64,000 nucleotides of DNA from Simkaniaceae bacterium. Lineage in GTDB: Bacteria > Chlamydiota > Chlamydiia > Chlamydiales > Simkaniaceae. Where the stretch lies: positions 36,841-100,840 of the forward strand of contig JBFWSA010000001.1 of NCBI GenBank assembly GCA_050248615.1, read 5' to 3'. The number at the start of each line of letters is the position of its first letter. Within the stretch, counting starts at the first letter, position 1. The notes under the pieces are model-generated. The model was given only the letters and a program-made list of their open reading frames with translations, was not told the DNA's origin and did not search any database. Both the position numbers and the translations under genes were made by a program. Below, piece by piece: positions 59,222 to 64,000 of the stretch.

Positions 59222-59622
59222 AGTAACCCCGGGTTAAGATAGGCACTAGGGGGCACTAGGGTCGTGTGGGGGTGTTTTACAGGCTTCATTTGTGAGAGAA
59301 TATCAGGATGCAGTGCTTGCCTAGCTTGACTCACAACAGATCCTGGAGTGTACACACCAATATAAAAAGCTTGTGGAGCTCCCTCTATAATTTGTGGTGT
59401 AGCTTTAGGAACTTCCCCTTCATGTCCTGGAGAAAGGACAATTGGAGAAACTTCTCTATCAACCATTCGAGGCGCCTGTGATGGGGGTGTAAGAGGCGAT
59501 CCTTTACTACCCTCTTCTAGAAGAACCTCATCTTCATCTTCCATCCCTGGCAAAAAGCAGGATGTAAAACAACTTGTAACTGTTTGGAAACAACTAGAAA
59601 GTGCATTAGATAGACAAACCAT
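59218..59622 (-). CDS. Hypothetical Pro/Ser/Glu-rich protein
   Basis: RBS GGGAGG; 4 bp ATGA overlap with the downstream gene. Confidence 0.6.
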   Translation of the reverse strand: MVCLSNALSSCFQTVTSCFTSCFLPGMEDEDEVLLEEGSKGSPLTPPSQAPRMVDREVSPIVLSPGHEGEVPKATPQIIEGAPQAFYIGVYTPGSVVSQARQALHPDILSQMKPVKHPHTTLVPPSAYLNPGLL

Positions 59623-59881
59623 ATAAACCCTCCCTTTTATGATCTTCCTTTTTTTAAATACAGTATATATTATAACAAAAAATTATATTTATTATATATT
59701 AAATTTTTAAATTTTATTATGTTTTAATATTTTTTAATATAAACAAAACCTAAACAACTTAATTTAAACTGTTTAATAAATTTTTGTGCGATGATATTAT
59801 CTTAAGTCGCTTATATATAGTGTTTTGAGATTATCTCAAGAACCATCCTCTAGAAATCTATCCCCAGAATCACAGGACTAA

Positions 59882-60044
59882 GAACCTATCCAGTATTTAA
59901 AACATTTTTTATTCCACACTTTTTGACATCTTTTCCATTTTCATTTTGACCTCTTGTCTCATGGACAATGTGATCAAAATGAAAATGGAAAATCTGTTCA
60001 AAAATCGAAGAAATCAAATAAATCCTTAAATACTGGATAGGTTC
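59882..60044. mobile_element. MITE family A, copy 2 (inverted relative to 8087-8250)
   Basis: Its reverse complement matches copy 1 with about 10 differences by hand alignment. Confidence 0.92.
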
Positions 60045-60090
60045 AAAGTTATTTGAGTATAAATCCTCATTTTTATTACAAATGAGGGTG

Positions 60091-60254
60091 TATACTCAAA
60101 CAACTTCAAAAGTTGGTTTTGGGCAAGCGCGAAAGCTTTCTGAATTCGTCGATCTTAAATGACCTAATATTAGAAATATGAGGTCATTTAAGATCGACAA
60201 ATTACGGTGCTTTGGCGCAGCCGAAAATTCAACTTTTGAGGTTGTTTGAGTATA
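60091..60254. mobile_element. ERIC-like MITE family B, full-length (164 bp); an extra single end at 60045-60061
   Basis: TIR TATACTCAAACAACTTCAAAAGTTG / CAACTTTTGAGGTTGTTTGAGTATA; inner stem GTCGATCTTAAATGACCT / AGGTCATTTAAGATCGAC. Confidence 0.9.
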
Positions 60255-60273
60255 AACTTACCTCAAAATATAG

Positions 60274-61566
<1,293 letters not shown>

Positions 61567-61573
61567 AGTCAGC

Positions 61574-61608
61574 TATACTCAAACAACTTTTGAAGTTGTT
61601 TGAGTGTA
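61574..61608. repeat. Minimal family B palindrome just downstream of eno
   Basis: TATACTCAAACAACTT-TTG-AAGTTGTTTGAGTGTA. Confidence 0.85.
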
Positions 61609-61669
61609 TTTAAATAATAATTTAAATAAAAGTTAAATTATGTTATAATATTTAAAAAATTGAGGGAAA

Positions 61670-61915
61670 ATGGGCAGCATCAAAAGAAATGACTCCAATC
61701 CTCCTGGATGGGGATCTACTCTATGGAATTTCGCCAGAGATACAGTCAACATAAGTGCCCGCGCAGTGAGTGTCTTTGCTTCAGACTACATTATGGGGCG
61801 ATCGCTCACCCCCATCATGGTCCGAAATGGTATCTGCATGGCTAACTTCATGCCAGAAGAGTCTCTTTCCACCATTAATACAATCATCGCGTCCTTATTC
61901 GCCCCAAAACAATGA
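61670..61915 (+). CDS. Hypothetical protein (possibly the N-terminal part of a split CAAX protease)
   Basis: RBS GAGGG; ATGA overlap with the next ORF. Confidence 0.45.
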   Translation: MGSIKRNDSNPPGWGSTLWNFARDTVNISARAVSVFASDYIMGRSLTPIMVRNGICMANFMPEESLSTINTIIASLFAPKQ

Positions 61916-62304
61916 TTCAAACAACCTTTAACTTCAATGGTGAGCAAACAGCTAACTCAATAGCCCCAGTATTAGAGGAATTCCAGTTTCGTTATCTCTT
62001 GCAACAACTTGCTTTAAGAGACATTCCACAAGCCCTTCTCAATAGACACTTTCCTGATAATCACTATGATTTAAATACCGTTTCCATCAAGGTCTTGCGA
62101 GCCCTTGTAACCGCGCTTATTTTCACTGGACTACATTTTCAATATGCTGACTGCGAAAATGGAGGGGGATTTGATACATTTCTTGGAAGCCTCATTTATA
62201 GCAGCCTCATAGAGGTCGGAGAGTCTGCTGTCTTTACAGCCACCCTTCATCTTTTATGGAACCAACTCACCCCAAGCCTCGATAGACTTCTCTATTCTGC
62301 CTAG
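61912..62304 (+). CDS. CPBP/Abi (CAAX type II) intramembrane protease core, short or split
   Basis: APVLEEFQFR, IFTGLH, HLLWN. Confidence 0.65.
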   Translation: MIQTTFNFNGEQTANSIAPVLEEFQFRYLLQQLALRDIPQALLNRHFPDNHYDLNTVSIKVLRALVTALIFTGLHFQYADCENGGGFDTFLGSLIYSSLIEVGESAVFTATLHLLWNQLTPSLDRLLYSA

Positions 62305-62317
62305 GCCTCTGCAATCC

Positions 62318-62334
62318 TTTTGCAACGGTCTCAA
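62318..62334. repeat. Right end of family D element
   Basis: TTTTGCAACGGTCTCAA is the exact reverse complement of 12199-12215. Confidence 0.7.
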
Positions 62335-62437
62335 CTTGAGTTCAAGAAATATTCTCAATATTTTGTGAATTTTTTTATTGAAAAAACCTATGTTGAGGAT
62401 CATACTGTCTTTCGATATAATGATATATGAGATATGG

Positions 62438-62722
62438 GTGATAAAATCCTTTGCTGACCAAGAAAGTCAAGATATCTATAACGGAAAACGGGCTCTTAAG
62501 AGACTTTCTCCCATTCTTTGGCGAATAGCTCATAGGAAGTTTGAAATGATTAACGCTGCCAAAGTACTAGAAGACTTAAAAGTTCCTCCTTCTAATCATT
62601 TAGAGTTGTTAAGGGGGAGCTTGAGAGGATATTATAGCATTCGTATCAATGATCAATGGCGGATCATTTTTCGATGGGAAAAAGGTCATGCTGAAAGTGT
62701 AAAGATTTTAGATTATCATTAG
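62438..62722 (+). CDS. higB: HigB (RelE/ParE superfamily) toxin; probable GTG start
   Basis: IKSF, DLKVPPSNHLELLRG, YSIRINDQWRIIFRW, DYH. Confidence 0.92.
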   Translation: MIKSFADQESQDIYNGKRALKRLSPILWRIAHRKFEMINAAKVLEDLKVPPSNHLELLRGSLRGYYSIRINDQWRIIFRWEKGHAESVKILDYH

Positions 62723-62725
62723 GAG

Positions 62726-63067
62726 ATGCAGATGTTACCAAAATACCGTAAACCGATTCATCCGGGAGAAATTTTGTGGGAAGATTTTTTGCACCCATTA
62801 GGAGTATCTCAGATAGAGTTTGTTCGCCATTTGGGAGGGACTTGGACTCAACCCAAACTAAGCAGTATTATTCGTGGTAAAAGAGCCATTACAGAGGCAA
62901 TTGCTTTAGACCTTGCTGATGCCCTTGGGACATCTCCTGAATTTTGGATTAATTTGCAGATCGATACCAATCTATGGGAAGCAAAAAAAGGAAGAAGAAA
63001 AATCCGACGTTATCCAAAACTTAAGCCACAAGCTAGACGCAAAAAAAGAAAGCATCAGTCTAGTTGA
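62726..63067 (+). CDS. higA: HigA antitoxin (Xre HTH)
   Basis: PIHPGEILWEDFL, GKRAIT, GTSPEFWINLQ. Confidence 0.93.
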   Translation: MQMLPKYRKPIHPGEILWEDFLHPLGVSQIEFVRHLGGTWTQPKLSSIIRGKRAITEAIALDLADALGTSPEFWINLQIDTNLWEAKKGRRKIRRYPKLKPQARRKKRKHQSS

Positions 63068-63169
63068 ACTCAAGATCTAATTTTTGCAGATCTTTTCAAA
63101 CCCAAGTTACTACTTAGATAGTGTCGTCATGAGATGGGCATTCAAGAAGAAGTGGCAATAGGTAGCACC

Positions 63170-63200
63170 TTGAGACCGTTGTAAAAATGCTTTCATTCAA
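63170..63200. repeat. Left end of family D element
   Basis: TTGAGACCGTTGTAAAAATGCTTTCATTCAA is 29/31 identical to 12199-12229. Confidence 0.8.
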
Positions 63201-63252
63201 ATTGGGTTTTCAAGCGTTGCAAAAAAAACCCAAAGGCGTATATGGGAAGATG

Positions 63253-63287
63253 TATACTCAAACAACTTTTGAAGCTGTTTGAGTATA
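63253..63287. repeat. Minimal family B palindrome
   Basis: TATACTCAAACAACTT-TTG-AAGCTGTTTGAGTATA. Confidence 0.85.
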
Positions 63288-63307
63288 GCCCAAGGAGTTT
63301 CTTTCTT

Positions 63308-63709
63308 ATGCGCCAAACGGTGGCTCTTTTTGGAGAAGCAGAAAAAGGGGAAATCAGTTCTCTCCTTTTCGTTAAGTCTCTGACCCATCTGAATGATATG
63401 CTCGGTAACCCTCCAGATGAGAGCCGAGGGATTTTTTTTGCCATTCAGTTTCTCCTCTATGAGCAAGAGCTGATTTACATTCGAGTTAAAGAAGAGGGCT
63501 TTAGCACCAAAGACTACCTTAAGGGGATGAAACACCTACTCAACAAAAAGAAGGTTTCTCACCTCACAGCGATTTGTTTGCCAGGGGTGGGAGATGCCCG
63601 TATTATTGACTCCGCAGGACCTGTTCTCGATACTCATGAGGCACTCATGATTACAACCGAGCGCGATCTCTATGATTATCTCACCTCCCTCCAGCTTCCT
63701 GCTATTTAA
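63308..63709 (+). CDS. Conserved chlamydial hypothetical protein
   Basis: ATG 63308 follows AAGGAG; ALFGEAEKG, RVKEEGFS, LPGVG, DLYDYL. Confidence 0.7.
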   Translation: MRQTVALFGEAEKGEISSLLFVKSLTHLNDMLGNPPDESRGIFFAIQFLLYEQELIYIRVKEEGFSTKDYLKGMKHLLNKKKVSHLTAICLPGVGDARIIDSAGPVLDTHEALMITTERDLYDYLTSLQLPAI

Positions 63710-63842
63710 ACTCCAGGTTTAAAATCATTTGAGTATATTTTCCCTATATCGTAAATTGAGACCTGAGTTTTGGTTTATATAGTCGATTCAGTTTAAAATT
63801 AGAAAAAAATCCCCAAGACCTTGAACTACCATGGAGAAAATA

Positions 63843-64000
63843 ATGCTGAAAACCGCTTTAACATTTTTTGCCCTCTGCATCCCTTTTTTTGTCTTTTCAG
63901 AGGGGGCTATTGTGATTGATCATAATGACCTCCCATCCTTTGGAAAAGCGGGAGCTACATTAACAGGAATTGCTACTCCTAGTTTAGTGCCTGACCGCAA
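63843..64000 (+). CDS. Exported protein (possibly cupin-like), partial; interrupted by a family F element
   Basis: RBS GGAG, ATG 63843, signal peptide; reads ...LTGIATPSL then VPDR from the element. Confidence 0.6.
   Translation, partial: MLKTALTFFALCIPFFVFSEGAIVIDHNDLPSFGKAGATLTGIATPSLVPDR
63986..64000. mobile_element. Start of a second family F element (truncated by the window edge)
   Basis: AGTGCCTGACCGCAA is 15/15 identical to 8341-8355. Confidence 0.75.

Noticed and set aside
59623..59800. Extremely AT-rich tract as a possible replication origin
   Set aside because: No clustered DnaA boxes or origin-linked genes were seen; it is more likely the promoter region of an acquired gene.
59882..60254. 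Possible CRISPR array or structured ncRNA in the repeat cluster before eno
   Set aside because: The repeats are inverted (TIRs and hairpins), not direct repeats with unique spacers. There are no cas genes, and stacked MITEs explain the region.
63242..63307. N-terminal extension of the 63242-63709 ORF containing a B palindrome (possible in-frame insertion)
   Set aside because: A good RBS (AAGGAG) precedes ATG 63308, so the palindrome is probably upstream non-coding sequence.

Overview
Chromosomal window from an environmental member of the phylum Chlamydiota (Simkania/Rhabdochlamydia-like, by inference). The evidence is an Npt/NTT nucleotide transporter, two MOMP-like porins, chlamydia-type hypothetical proteins and the pgsA...sppA-polA-coaE-rho gene order. 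Most of the window is housekeeping genes (murA, epmB, argS, tsaE, engB, pgk, polA, coaE, rho, cca, rsbU, rsgA, eno). Three things stand out. (1) A ~22 kb surface-polysaccharide locus (23.7-46.0 kb) contains an AT-rich sub-cluster (38.2-46.0 kb). This sub-cluster couples a viperin-like radical SAM enzyme to GT4 glycosyltransferases, a GT4-HAD phosphatase fusion, a deacetylase-like protein, a ComB-like phosphatase and an ABC exporter. It is the best candidate for an undescribed system: a sugar/nucleotide small-molecule pathway or an unusual glycan-modifying or defence module. (2) At least five families of ~160 bp palindromic MITE-like elements occur, some with compensatory stem changes. One appears to be inserted in-frame into a protein-coding gene, like Rickettsia palindromic elements. 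(3) An accessory region near eno encodes a pol-beta-like nucleotidyltransferase, a DUF4143 ATPase, a split CAAX protease and a higBA module. No rRNA, tRNA, CRISPR array or intact transposase was seen. All assignments come from motif recognition by eye; no database searches were run.
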